This document shows positions 26,130 to 39,900 of a stretch of 64,000 bases of DNA, in pieces. A model generated the notes under the pieces. The model had not been told where the DNA came from and searched no databases. It saw nothing but the letters and a program-made list of their open reading frames with translations. Origin of the DNA: Camelus dromedarius (lineage: Eukaryota); assembly GCF_036321535.1 (NCBI RefSeq), contig NC_087447.1:38380001-38444000 (forward strand), given 5' to 3'. The translations under genes and the position numbers were made by a program. Each line of letters begins with the position of its first letter. The first letter of the stretch is position 1.

Positions 26130-27570
26130 GAAGAGTACTAATTTTTTTTCTTAAACCTCAAACCTACAGAAAGTTTGCAAGAATAATACCTACAGAAGTA
26201 TTGGTGGAACCAGATGAATTTCAACATACACAAAATAACTTTTATCCTCTTGAACTATTTGGGAAGAACACAATGACTTGATCCAGTACCACTGAGTACT
26301 TCGTATTTTCTAAAAACAAGAACAGTCTCCTACTTAACCACAGTACATCAAAAAAATCAAGAACTTAGTATTGACACATTACACCTATGTGAGTTTCTTC
26401 AGGCCGCATGCAAGTTTTACCAATTATTCCAATGAGATCATTTACAGAAAAGCATGCCAGTTGAGAATCACATGGTGCATTTATTTGTCATACCCCTTTA
26501 ATCTCTTTTAATCTGACATAGTTCTGTCTTTCCTTGACATTCCCGACCTTGACACTTTTGAAGATTACAGTTCAGTTATTTTGTAAAATGTCCCTCAATT
26601 TAGATTTGCCTGAGATTTAGGTTCTGCATCTTTGGCAGATATATCACAGGAATGATGCTGTGTTCTCATTGCATCCTATCAGGTGGTACAGGGTTTCACT
26701 TTGATCACTTGGTTAAGGTGGTGTCTTGCAGAATTCTCCACTGAAAAATTACTTTCCTTTTGTAATTAATAAGTATTTTTACTGTGGTTAAAAACATAAA
26801 ATTTACGATGTTAACCATTTTTAAGTGTACAGCACAGTAGCATTAACTATATGCACATTGTTGTGCAGCAGCTCTCTAGAACTTTCTAATCTTGCAAAAC
26901 TGAAACTCTATCCAGTGAGCAACAACTCCCCTTTTTAAACTAGTAAGTATTTTGTGGGGATGTGTTCTGAAATTATGCAAATATACTGTTCTTCTTCAAG
27001 CTTTCAATTTACTCACTTATTTATATATGCACTCATTGTTTCCTGCTTTATGTAGTGGATTATACTCTTTTATTATCATTATTTATTTTAATGTGCAAAT
27101 TGTTCTAGATTTGGCTGCTGGGGTTCCCCACAAGCTTGCTTCTTTGTGCTTTTGAATTGTCCCTGTTGGTTTTTGAGCATTTCCTTACTTTCTGGTACAA
27201 AAAGAGGTTCTGGGTTCATCTTGTGCTTTCCCTCACTGAGCCCCGAAATCAACCATTTCTCTAAGGAGCCCTAGTTCCTTTATTGGAGAATGTTTTTTTA
27301 GAAACCAAAAACTGAGTGCTAGGTATGCTCATTGTGTTTTGGATATCACTGCTTCCAGACCCTAAGACTAGGCAGCTAGGGTATATATATAAATGTATAT
27401 CTGTGTGTGTGTGCATGTGTGTGTGCACGCTCACATATAGACACTTATATGTATATTTCTACATCTATCCACATATATTGAAATTCATTGATTTCCATCA
27501 ATTTCTAATTCAACACTACATTCTGGCTTTCTCCCTTTCAGTATTTTTAACTCCAGACTTTGACAGTGAG
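26130..27570 (-). mobile_element. L1MC4/5-like fragment with nested L1MA-like 3' end (~26780-26940)
   Basis: L1MC motifs (tttgatcacttggttaaggtggtgtct; atcaaccatttctctaaggagccctagttcctttt). Nested piece flanked by taataagtatttt / tagtaagtatttt. Confidence 0.75.
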
Positions 27571-28739
27571 AATCTTTATGAATGTGTCAGAGATTCTATT
27601 GAGTGAAAAAAGGAAGTTACAAAATGGTATATACACTCTAAGATCCTGTTTTTTAAAGTTAATAAAATGTGTATGCATTGCAAAAAAGGGCCTAGAAGAA
27701 TATACATCAAACTGCTAGCACTGGTGTTTGTTCAGAGAACTGGGATTATGGGAGCTTTGTACTTTCTATATTACATCCATATTTATAGTATTTAAAAATT
27801 TTTGTAATGCAACATTGTGAATCAACTAGACTTTAATACAAAATAATAATAATAAATTTTTTTGCAAGAGCAGGAATTATTTTTTTAATAAGATGTTGGT
27901 GACTCTTTTCCTACTTCCCTACAGTCACACTAAAGCTGATAGCTGGCAAAAGGAAAAAAAAATTAAACACCTAACCTTCTAAAGAGAGCAGCCTACATTT
28001 GGAGGTTTAACAGCATACCCATCACTCTTCTCCTGGGCTTGCAAAGAGGGTACAGAATTTGTCCAGCTGCCACCATCTACCACCTCTCCACCACAATAAC
28101 CTCCTTTCCAAAATTTATTAACATACAGAATAGGGGAAACAACAGAGATTTCTTGAGGGTAGCTGACCTGTGGAGATTGCAGCATTTCTCCATGGTGAGC
28201 GAGCTCTTTCTTCTCTGCCTGAAGCCAAGTGCTGGGGCATGGAGGAGGAGCTCTGAAAGACCCCTTTGTAGACATTAGAGTTGCCTACAAGAAGAGACCA
28301 GAATTCTATTCTACAGTTGGATGTCTGCTTAGGCAGTAAATTACTGAAATAACTTCAGTGTTTAACTGAGCAGAAGAGAAGACTATTGGAGGGAGATGGC
28401 AGGCCAGATAGAAGAAGAGGTGCAGTGGAATAGTCTGCACACCCAGTGCTCAGAGCTGAAAGTTTCTGTGTATTCCCTGAAGGTGAAGTGAATGTCACAG
28501 ACAATTTGGACACTTGGGTCCTCTTATTGCTGTTTTGTCCAATAGGGCCGCCTGCCAGACAGGAGACTCCAACATTAAAAAGATGTAAAGTGTACCCAGG
28601 GTTGATATTCAAAGTAAATATTTAACAGCTAGGTGGCACAGCTGCTGCTTAATCAGAACGTACACTAGACGTAAACAACTTGGACAGCAGAGTTGCTGCG
28701 ATCACCCTGAAGCCATGGCCTAGGGAGCGTGGAAGAGCA

Positions 28740-29237
28740 GAGCCCCATCTTCCATGTCACATGTGCCGGGTTTCATCCACTTGCCCCTCCAGCTCCATTC
28801 TCCACCCTTCCCTGCCCTGCCCTTCTCCGTGGCATGGGAGGTTTACTTCTACGGACCTTATCGCTAGGCTCCCTTGCCATCTGGCTTCCAGTTGGATCTA
28901 GGCAATAGGAAACATCAGTAAGAGATGAGAGGATAGGAGGAAAGATATTTATCCCTAGCCCCAATTCCCTCCATGCCGGGCCACAAGTTTACAGTAGCTT
29001 CACTCATCTTCCTATGGATACAGCCCTCTCCTGTGGTTAACCATTCCTTCCCTATATCTCTTCCAGCTTAGTAGTGGTAAAGGCTTCCCCCCGACTCCCC
29101 CTGGGTGCTTCAGTAGTCCTGGGTGGCTCCTTTAACCTTGTCCACTCCTCTGCCACCAGTCCATTCATTACAGTCTCTTTGGTTACTCTTTTGAATGTGG
29201 TGTCTGCTTCCTGACTGGACTCTTGACTGATGTGTCA
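28740..29237 (+). mobile_element. ERVL LTR (LTR33-like)
   Basis: ccatctggcttccagttggatctaggcaataggaaacatcag...tctgcttcctgactggactcttgactgat. Confidence 0.65.
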
Positions 29238-29539
29238 GACAACTCTGTCTGCAGTGGGGAGGTTCCTGCAGTTCCCTCCCAAAGAACTCCCACAGGTTCT
29301 CCATGACAAAGCCTACTTTTGGAAATCTGCCTCACAGAGGTCATCAATGGTTAATCACCGTCAGCCAGAGAAGCAACAATAACCAATAGAGGGAGGACCA
29401 TAGCCAGGGCCTTCAAATTAGGACAACCATCCACTTCTTTCTTGCCCATCTCCAAATACTAGAGGCTTAAAGAGAGAAAGGGGTTATTAGAGTCTCTGAT
29501 GTGGCCCAATCAGCGTGCCCCTCTCACTGCCTGGATTCT

Positions 29540-29953
29540 AAACATGGAGGGACCTGGAGATCATCATTCTAAGTGAAGTAAGCCAGGAAAATACAATATG
29601 ATACCACTCATATGTGGAATCTAAAAAAAAATAAAAAAGGACACTATGAAGTCATCCACAAAACAGAAACAGACTTGCAGACATAGTAAACAATCTTATG
29701 GTTACCAGGGGAAAGGGGGTGGGAAGGGATAAATTTGGGAGTCTGAGATATGCAAATGTTAATCACTATATATAAAAATAGACTTAAAAAAATTCTTCTG
29801 TATAGCACAGGGAACTATATTCAATATCTTATAACCTTTAATGAAAAAGAATGTGAAAATGAATATAATATATATATATATACATGACTGGGACGTTATG
29901 CTGTACACCAGAAATTGACACATTGTAACTGACCATACCTCAATTTAAAAAAA
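29540..29953 (+). mobile_element. Young lineage-specific (camelid-type) L1 3' end
   Basis: acatggagggacctggagatcatcattctaagtgaagtaagccag (ORF2 end) ... tgtatagcacagggaactatattcaatatctt ... tgtacaccagaaattgacaca ... A tail. Confidence 0.9.
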
Positions 29954-30879
29954 TGAATTCAAGAACTATTTATCAAGTGCCTACCATGTGCTAGGTACAG
30001 TGGTGGATGCTGGGGTTCTGCAGTGAAAAAGATTATGGAAGAAGCTCTTGGGCCCAATGTCCACCCTGGACTAATTACTCAGTGATGGAGATGACGCAGT
30101 AACCTGGCTCCTGGGAGTCAACACCTGTGGTGAAGCAGACAGTTTCTATAGAGACACCAATACTTCAGGGGGGCTGTGAAGGTAAGGGTTGGGTGTTCCA
30201 GGCTCTGAAGGAATCTGTTCAGTGTTGAAAGCTTTTCTTGTGTCTCCTCCAGGTTACATACTCCTGACCCTCCCAAGGTATGCCCCCTACTCTTTGCTCC
30301 TAGTCCGAGTTGTGCCACCAGAAAATGGACAGTGAGTGACTGGCCAGGGCAAAGGGCACTGTGAGTCTGAAGGAAGCAGGAAGGCTGAGAGTGCAGCTCC
30401 CTGAGCATCTGGCCTGGGGACAACTGGGTTGGGCCCAAAGAAGGCTGAGAAATCAGAAGACAGATGCCTAGTGTAAAAGGATCCCTGCTGGGCAGCTCAT
30501 TCCTGCCTCCGAGGCATTTCCATGAAATTACCACCCCAAGGCACTAATAAGGTGATCTGGGAGACAGCCGGCATTTTGCATAATTCCCAGTAGTCCAGTA
30601 TTAAGTGGAGATCATGATTGATTCCCTGTATCTTCTAAGAACAATAAATGTCATTGAAGGAGCAGAGAGAGGCTAAGGGACACCTGGCAACCTCCTGGTT
30701 GAGGAGCCTAGGGAGCCCTGGAACAGCCCTGGTTGGGGAGAGAACTCTAACTTTTCCTAGAGTTCTGTTCCAAAATTGCCCTATATCTGGGCCAGGCAGG
30801 GTATGTATAGCATTTCCCTGGCTCTAGGCTCCTTTGCTCAGCCTATAAACATGCTCAAGCCTCATTCCACATTTATACA

Positions 30880-32290
30880 ATCCTCCCTTAACTGCCTCAG
30901 TCATCACATTATTTCTCTATTCCCCTTCACAGTCAGACTTCTAGAAAGAGTTTGCATTGCTCACCGTCTCACCTCAATAGTCCTCATTAAAATCATTACA
31001 GCTGAAACCAGTCCCTTGTCTTCCTAGCTCCTCTGTAGGATTAACACTCTTTTGAAGTCCTCTTCCTTTAGCTTTCTAGACACCATTCAGCCTGGTTCTC
31101 TTTCTACCTCTCTGATTTCTCTGAAACCATCTTTTTCACTGAATTCCTGCCCATGGCCCATTCCTTAAACGCTGCTCACCCAGGGTGTGTCCTTGGCACC
31201 CTTCCCTTCTTGCTCTGGGTGACCTCATCCATTCCTTTGGTTTTCACCAATCCCTCACATACTAATGACCCTAGCTCCCTATCTCTTTTCTGAGCTTCCA
31301 GCCTCTATATTGTCCTGCTGTCTGGGTAGACCATGGTCCCCCCAACTCCGTATTTACACAACTGAGCTAATCATCAGTTTCCTCAAATTTGCACCTGTGA
31401 TGTTCTTCAGCTCATTTGATGGTAAAACTCTTTTAGTCAGGTACAGAAATGAGAAATCAATGTAGAATTCTAGCCAATCAATGTGTCTAATGTCATGACA
31501 ATTTAACATCTCCGGTTTCCTCCATCAGACTTCCTATCTCCCTCTCCAATTCCTATCATCACAAACTTAGTTCAGACCTCGTCATCTCCTCTATGGACCT
31601 TGCAACAGTTTGCTAACGGGCCTCTTTGCTTCTCATCCTTCCCTGCCTCTATTCCATCCTCCATATTACTCTCTAAGCGATCTATGGAAAACAGAAGTCT
31701 GTGACTCCTGAAAATTCTTTAATAGTTTTCCATTTTCTGCAGGATAAAATGCAAACCCTTGACTTTGAATCCATGATGAAGGCATGCCGATGGGACCTGA
31801 GAGGAAACAAGGGGAGTGTTGTGAAAGATTTTCCTCACTGTGAAAAAGGGGTGTACAAGAGCAAATGTTCTTCTTCTTTCGAGATGAAATGTCAGCTTTT
31901 GACACCTAAAATGTTTTTGGTCATCTCTTACCCATGAGAGGAGGTATTGCAGACATACTAAGGAAGGAAGAGTGGAAAGACAGAAAGCACTTGGGTCCTA
32001 TTGATATTCCTGAGCTACTGAATTAACCCACCCTGGAAAAGTGGTTCTCTGGAGCATGAAGATAACAAATATCCTAATTATTTAAACTACTTTAGGTTTC
32101 CTGCTATTTGCAGTTGAAAGCATCCTAACTAATACATTTATAGTATTATAGTATCCCTTTTATTTATTAGAGCAAATGCCAAAGTTTTTGTTAAAATGAA
32201 ATCTGCTCTGACTCTCTTAGGAAGAATTAGGTCTGTATCTTTGTTTTGTTCATACAGCAATAGGTATCTTCCTCTGTTGTGGCATTTAGA
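30880..32290 (+). mobile_element. L2 fragment interrupted by a MaLR LTR (~31790-32135)
   Basis: L2 motifs (ctctgggtgacctcatccattcc; cttagttcagacctcgtcatctcc); MLT1 end ctatttgcagttgaaagcatcctaactaataca. Confidence 0.6.
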
Positions 32291-33193
32291 ACCCAATTTT
32301 TGTTTCAGATTTCTTTTAACTTATTACAGCCAAAGCAGTTACTGCTGCAATGATAGCCAAATGCATTCCCAAATTCAGACTCTTACTTATGCAAACACAA
32401 ATTTCCTCGCCCCTCAGAGCCATATCTAGCTTGCTTTAGCCCTTAGATCAGTGCAAGGAATATAATAATAGCTAGTCAGCTACATTCTGTGGGGAGCTGG
32501 GTGTCACAGCTCATCTCTGCCGAAACATCTAGTTATGCTGGGTTGGTCGTCATGGAAACACAGCTGATGATGAGAGCATATGGTCCAGAGCCTCTGTCTC
32601 TTACATTCCCAGTGAGGGAGGGGAGCTGGTACTTGAGAACAACATGACAATGTCCTATATTATCTGTTGTTTTTGTTGGATGAAGCAGGGAGAATAGATT
32701 GCTGTGGAGTGAGCTGAATTGTGGGTGCTGTGAGGAATAAGGACTTAGAGAGCTCTGGTTCCTTTGTGAACAGACACCAAGTGAGCCCTGTGCACCTAAA
32801 ATTCACACAGATGGACATGTGGAGGGTTGAGGAATGGCCAGGAGGACGCAGGGGAACAAACGTAATGAACACTCACTGTGTGCCAGACGCCCTATTACAG
32901 ATAATAATTGGCATATTTTGAGTGCATAGTAAGTACAAGGTACTTTACATCATTATTTCATTTAATCCGTGCAACAATCTCATGAAGCTGATTTCATTAT
33001 TCATCCAATTTTTCAGAAAGGGAAATTCAGGAAATAATTGCCCAAAGTCATGCAACTCGGAAGTGGTAAACCCAGGCTGGAACTCAGGATTGTCTGTCTC
33101 TAAAATAGCTGTGGAAACTGAAGCTATACTGTCTCTCTACTGTGATGAGTGCTTTGGATATCTTACTCTGTTCAAAAACATTGTCTTGGTGTT

Positions 33194-33329
33194 GGGAAGG
33201 GTCTAGCTCAAGTGGTAGAATGCATGCTCAGCACCCAGGAGGTCCTGGATTCAATCCCTGGTACCTCCTCCCAGCGGAAATCAGTGAAGAAACCTAATTA
33301 CCTCCCCCTCAGAAAACAAACAATACAAG
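33194..33329 (+). mobile_element. Camelid tRNA-Ala-derived SINE, long form, with 21-bp TSD
   Basis: gggaagggtctagctcaagtggtagaatgcatgctcagcacccaggaggtcctggattcaatccctggtacctcc...aaacctaattacctccccc. TSD caaaaacattgtcttggtgtt (33173-33193) / caaaaacatagccttggtatt (33330-33350). Confidence 0.92.
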
Positions 33330-36300
33330 CAAAAACATAGCCTTGGTATTAGACTTCACACCAAGCTTATAAGATACACTACAAGGGTGTTTGTCTGAAA
33401 TGTCATCACATCTAGCAGATGAGGTCTTTTCAGTTGTTAATTGTATTATAGTATAATTCTCATGATAATTTGGTGAGGTTGCTAAAATCATTTCCATTTT
33501 ACAAATGAAGAGTCTTATGTTCAGAGAGATGAAGCAATTTGCCCAAGGTCATATGGCCAGTGGTAAAGAAGGAATGGAAATCATTGGATGTCATTCAAAG
33601 TCTGTGCTCTATCTACTCCCTGCTCTGCGTTAGGGCCAGGCAGGCTGCCTCTCTCACTGTGGCTTCTGTTGCTATGTGGGGTTGACTCCAAAGCCCACTC
33701 CTCTCTGACTGAGAGACTCACAAATCCAACTACTTTCTCAATTTCACAGGCAAGCTTATTCTGCCCAGATAAAAACAACCAAAATAACTACCATCACAAC
33801 TAGAAAACCCAACACGGCCAAAGTTGAACTAAAGGTCTTCTCCCCCAATAGCTGCCCCTCCTCTCATATCCCAGTTTCAGTAGGTGGCACCATCATTTAC
33901 TCTATTGCTCACTCCAGTAACTCGAGGCACATCTTTAACATTGCCTCTCCCTTCCCTTTTGTATATCTAACGTCCCTGTAACCTAACCCAGACCATTACC
34001 ATCTCTTGTCTGGTTTACTGCAAGAGCCTCTTAACAGGCCTCCATGTCTCTACTCTTGTGTCCGTCCAATCCAGTCTTCATTGCAACAGACTCTTACCAT
34101 CACTCCTTGCTTAAATGATTTCCTATGACTTTGGAAAATGTCCAAAACCTTTAACATGGTTTATCTGTCATGTTATAATCTGTTTTGTGCTTTCATCACA
34201 TCCTCTATTTTTCCTTCACAGCACCTATCACATTTATCATTCCATTAATTATTTGTATGACTATCTGTTTGATGTGTCTTTACATTAGAGTCCAGACCCT
34301 GTCTTCCAGTCCTCATTCTGCCACTCACTGTCTGTGCGGGATTGAGCAAGAAGCCAGATTATTGCTTTTGTGCCAATCTCTATTGTCTGTCTTTGTGTGG
34401 CTGTGTCCTCTGCTGAATTGAGTTCCTTTGGGAAGAATTTGACTAGAAACCAAGTTTGTCTGACCTCAGAGCCTAAATTTCCTAGTCATTGCAGCAGGGC
34501 AAGAATTAAGAAGATAGTTATGTGGATGAGGAAACTGACACCCAGAGTGGCAAAGTGATTTGCTCAACATCACCCAGAGCCAGAGCAAGAACTCTAGCCT
34601 CCTGGCTCCTAATCCAGGGCTGGTTCCTCCAGCCCAGTGTCTCCCAAGCAGCAACACCTGACAGAGGCTGAGGGGAAATGGAGAGGCATTCCCATGTCCA
34701 TGTCTTGAGTGTTGGCAGCATAACTATGAGACTTTGTGGGGTCTCTCCACTCCTCTTCCTAGCCACAGTCTGTATTAGAGCTTATCTCCAGGTGAGCTCT
34801 GCAGGTTGTCCACACTAGTCCACGGCAGTGCTGCTCATCAGCTCTGCAGGGGTCCTGGGAGGGCTCCTGTGTGAGGTGGACATACTCCTGCCTGGCCCCA
34901 GGGGACCTGCCTGGGTTTCGTATCACCTTGCAGTCCTTGGTAAAAATTTTCCTTGGACCCAGTTGGGGCTCTGCTGGCTCACATAGCACCTTAGGGTATA
35001 TTACAAGCAGGCATCCTCTCTGGTGACAAATGGGGAAAAGGAGCCTCTCTGGGAGCCCACATTAAACAGCCTCCCTTCCTTAGTCTCAGCTGGGGCCCTG
35101 AACTGCCTCCTCTGCTGGGTGTGTTCCTTCAGGACACAAACTTCTGAGCCCTGGAAATCCTTCCCCTCCTCTGGCCATTTCTCTTTATCCTGTACAATAT
35201 GTCCAAATCTCATTTGCCTCTTAGAGGTCTAGAGAACTCCGCCTCCATACCTATTGCATCAGCCCCTTAAATCACAGTCTAGGGAAAGAGACCAGGAGAG
35301 AATCCCAGATGGTTTTGGGGAGTCACCCAAGTTGCATCAACTCACCTCCTCTCAGGTTCAGACACAGGTTCATTAATGAGACCTCATGGGCACAGACCCT
35401 GACTGAGGGGTCATCTAGGATGTAGGGGGAAGGGACCCAGGTGAGGAAGTTGGTAAAGGGAAGCCAAGGGCATTGGACTTGAGATCAGGTAGCCTCAGCC
35501 TGTCCCTCCCCTGATGTGAAAGTCTGGTCCCTTTGTAGGGGTCTCACTCTCCTCAGCATAGTCCAGGGAGTTGTCCATGGTGATAACTAGGATCTGGGTC
35601 ATTGTGGACATGCCATGATAGGCTCTGGAAGGGGCTCATCAAACAACCAGAGCAGAGTTTCCCAAAGGATTATATGTGTAGCCAACACATAATGTGCATG
35701 CACACGTGTCATGTTAGAGGGTCTTAGATGGTTAGGGAATGAACATTTCCTGTTTTAATGGTTATGCATTTCTTAATAAAGTACAGTATATTAGGGAAAG
35801 TATACAGCAAGCACTTAAAGGAGTGCTATATTTTTTCTTAGGAATTAATTTTTGCTAGACTTGTTTAAAGTATTCATCAACTAAAAGCAGAGGTGGCATA
35901 CAGATACAGGAAAACACGTGAGGGTGGGGCATCAGCGACTGTTACTTGAGCAATGTGGGTTTAAAGAATATTCCATTTTCCCTAAACAGTTCCTTTTACA
36001 CTTTCTCTGTTGTGAGACTCAGAGCTAAACTCAAAACTCCATCTCAGAAATTGTAGTGATCTTTATATTAGGAGGTTCCACCTAAATGATCATTTCTCTG
36101 TGGAAACTTCCATTGCAAGCCGTGGAAAGCAGAAGGCAGTGAGATATCATGATATACAAATAACATTCAAAATCAGAGAACTAAAAAGCATACATCTGAT
36201 GAACAGGGACTAACATTAGCTCAGTGCTTCATAATTTACAAAGCAGTTTTCACATATCCTTTCTTACATCCTTTTTTGTCTCCATTAAGAAGATGCAGAG

Positions 36301-36442
36301 TTACCTGTTGGGGTAAATATTGTCATTAACCTCATGTCACTGGTGGGAAACTGAGGCATGAAGCAGGAAGAGGACCTGCTCATGGTCACATGAGTTGAGA
36401 GTCAGATCTAAATCTGACTCCCATTTCCGTATTTCTTCAATG

Positions 36443-36915
36443 TGTGGGTGGAACTTGTAGCTTACCATCTGCCTTTACAAGGATTAGGTCACTAGCTAGT
36501 GCAGTCTTGGACTGTCAGCACAACCTGAAAGGTGTTCAGGGCCAAGACAGGAATGAGGCATTCTGTGCTCTGAGAAAACTGGCTGAATAGGCCTTCAGAT
36601 AGATATTTTCAGGAGATGATTTTATGAGCTCAATTTCTTGCAGCTTCTTGTATCAAGGAAAGTACTAAAATCATTAACAGAGACACCTGCTCCTCGTGAC
36701 TAGCAGCAACCTTCTGCCAAAACGTGTGCTTGACTGCATGTACCCCCTTCACTAAAATCACAAATAAACTAACCTCCCCTCTTACCCCTTCGGAGCAGTT
36801 CCTCAGAGCTATCTGAGAGGCTGTCCTGTCTCCCAGGCTATACTCCTCATTTTGCCCCAAACAAAACTTAACTCACGACTCTCACATTGTGCTTTTTTTT
36901 TTTTCCCTATTGACA
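36443..36915 (+). mobile_element. ERV1-class solo LTR (MER41-like, laurasiatherian)
   Basis: TG...CA termini, 4-bp TSD AATG (36439-42 / 36916-19), internal ggagcagttcctcagagctatctgagaggctgtc...tcccaggcta...aaaacttaactcac motif. Confidence 0.85.
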
Positions 36916-39900
36916 AATGTCTCCCTAATTGCTTTATTCGTGTGTGTTTAAAACAAGGTAGACAGCCCTCTGGGTGGAAATGAAAAGAGAACTGAAGCAG
37001 GTGAGGCCTGCCAGGGGCTCTGAGCTCACAGCACGTGGTCCTCTCCAGACCCCATCACCCTGGCTGCCCAGGGGGCCTGGCTGCCCCTCTACTGGGTTCA
37101 TGGCTCCTCTGCAGGCTCTGAGTGCTCAAGGCCACCTTCAGCATGTTGGGATGCTTGCAGAACCACTTCTGCCTAGTGGACTGGACTTTTCACAGGCTTA
37201 AAGCTTCAGACTCTGTGACCACAGCCTGTTAGCAGCTGGGGTCAACAGCCCAGGCCCTTCCGGAGCTCTGCATCCAAGCATGTCCCCACCGGCCTGGGTA
37301 GGGGTGGGGGCCACAGCTCTGCACCCGAGGCCACCCCCACCTCAAGCTTCTTCCAACCTGCTCAACCCCTGTCTCTGTCCTCTTGTCCTTTCTTCTCATC
37401 TACGCACTTTGCTCTGAGAGCAAAGGCTTTGATTTGGTTAGTTCCCTCTGTAATAGTCAAGGGAGGAAAATACAAAAACAGCAAAAAGGGAACACACAGA
37501 AATTTTTTCTAATCATCCCTGCCTCCCAGCTTTAGGGACAACCACTGTTAACATGCTAGCATCTGTCCTTCCATGTTAATATTTTTTATGTAGTAGTACA
37601 CATTTTTTTCTCTATAGGAAAAGAAAAACACTAAAATAGTTACTATTTTGTAGGGGGCTTTGGGTTTTGTTTTTGTTTGTTTGGTTTCTTCTTCTTCTTC
37701 TTAGCAGTAAATTGTGAATATTTTCTGTGCCATCCAATAGTTGTCTACAGTATGATCGTTTATGGTTGTACAGCATCCCACCATGGGTATATCATAATTT
37801 ATTTAACTGATATTCTTGTTTGGCCTTTTTTTTTTATTTCCTTTTTTTTTTCTCCCTATAATGCTGTGATAAGTATTCAAGAACTTACATTTTGATGCAT
37901 TACCTCTGGTTATATTCTTGGAAGTAGTATTGTAGGGTCAAACAGCATGCACACATTTAAAGCTTCGCTCCAGGAGTTCCACAGTGGCTTTACAACATAA
38001 TTTTATTTACTGCAAAAAACAACGATGAATAACAATAATGAATTCTTCAAAAGAAATATCATCCACAAACCCCTTCTCTGACAAATCAATTGGTTTTTTT
38101 TGTTTTGTTTTTTGTTTTTTTGCTCATGTTCCTCTCCATATGCAAAGAGAACTTTAAGGTGATTGCATTTATACATATGTTAGGCTATTATGATTCCCAG
38201 GAATGCATGCTCACACAAGCTACAGGGTCAATTTGAAACCACTTAGCTAGAAGGGAAGAGTCCCATCAAAATTCAGCAAAAGGGGTTGGAGTCCAGTGAG
38301 GCCTGTTGGACTGAAGCTGGAAAAGCTGTTCCAGATCTAAGGCGGCTTTCCGGAACTCAGCAGGGCCCTCTGATCTCACACGAACACTTGGTCATTTACC
38401 TCAGTTAGCTACTTCTTGTGCTTTTGCTTCTCTCTGTGTTTATCTCTTTTTCTCCATCCCCCTGGCTGACTTCCTCACACTCTACCCTGTATCTCTTCTC
38501 AGCCTAATATTTCTCGGTTCCTAATAACACACATATTCACAGGCTCTCATTCTCATACTTGACCTCATGATCTGTGTATCCTTTAAGCTTCAGCCCCTGA
38601 TGAGGTTTGCCTGATTCTCTTGGTATTCCCCAATTCCAGTTCCAAAGGATGAGAAACACATTGGTTCAGGTCACTCCTGGTGGAGCAGAGTTCTACAGCA
38701 AAGCATCTCAGAGGATGTTGGCCTCTTCCCCTCCTCCAGCAATGGGCTGTGTGGAGAGCAGGGATCATAGAGCCACATGGCACAGAACATGGCTGTTTGG
38801 GCTACTTTGCTCAGCAGGTGCTGTGGGTGATTCGGTTCCTTAAAAAGTGATTGTGGCTATAGTAGGTAGCTGGGTTTTTATGTATATTACAATAACATAG
38901 ATAAAGTTATGTATTACAGTGTTTGAATTATTATGTCATAAGCATATAAAGACTTCATACTTATCCAGCTTAATATTGGTGCAATTTATTTAAGCAATCT
39001 CCTATAGTTAGACATTTAAATTTAATGTTTTTTTTTTAAAGCAATTTGGAAAATTCTGTAGTGAACAACTTAGAATGTATTTTTACTTTTTTAAAAAAAT
39101 TTTTCTCTTGGGTATATCAATAATGTTTTTAGCAGCAAGGAAGAGAAGGGTTCTTTAAGTGGCCTTTAAAATAAGGGGTTATCTCTCTCATATAACAAAT
39201 CATTCAGAGGTGAATGATAACTAGTTTTGGTTCCCTTGGCCCTTTTCTCATGTTCATGTTCTCAAAATGGCTGCTGACATCATTCAAGGAAGAAAAGAGG
39301 AAGAGATAATATGGGTTAGATCTGCATTTTGTTTTTTGTCATCCCAGGATCACCCCCAGTAGCCATAGATTTTATGTCTGTCTGGGTAGAATTGTGTTAT
39401 AACACCCCTACCTGCAAGGGAGGCTACAAAAACATCTTCCCAACCTCTTTATTTGAAGGCAACAAAGAAGAAAAGAGACAGGTAGTGTGCATTAAACCAG
39501 CCTTCCTGATGCTGTCAGAGGGCTTCTCAAATGTGCTGAAGCTTCAGAAACCTTCCTGCAAATAATAAATCTTGCCTGGAAACCTATTTGGAAATGCAAA
39601 GTGGAGTTGCTTTAGTTGAAGTGAGGATGGGGGCCTAGAGCTTTATGTGGTCAGCACCCCATCACCCAGTAGAAGGTATTTCCTGCTTTCCAGCTGTCTA
39701 GCACCTATATCATCTTGCAGTTTGTACCCAGGTCTTCTGTCTGGGGACTCCTCATATATGTGGAGACTTGGGAGAGAGTTCCCATCTTCCACTGGGTAGC
39801 CAAAGACCCAGATTCTTTACCCCAACCTCCTGCTTTCTTGCAAAACCCAAGTCATGTGATTTAGGTTCAGTTAATCAGGCATTATTTCCTATGTCTTTGA

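Noticed and set aside
33194..33270. tRNA-Ala genes (also at 19330-19405 and 4370-4448)
   Set aside because: Degenerate stems, A-rich tails and TSDs show these are SINEs.
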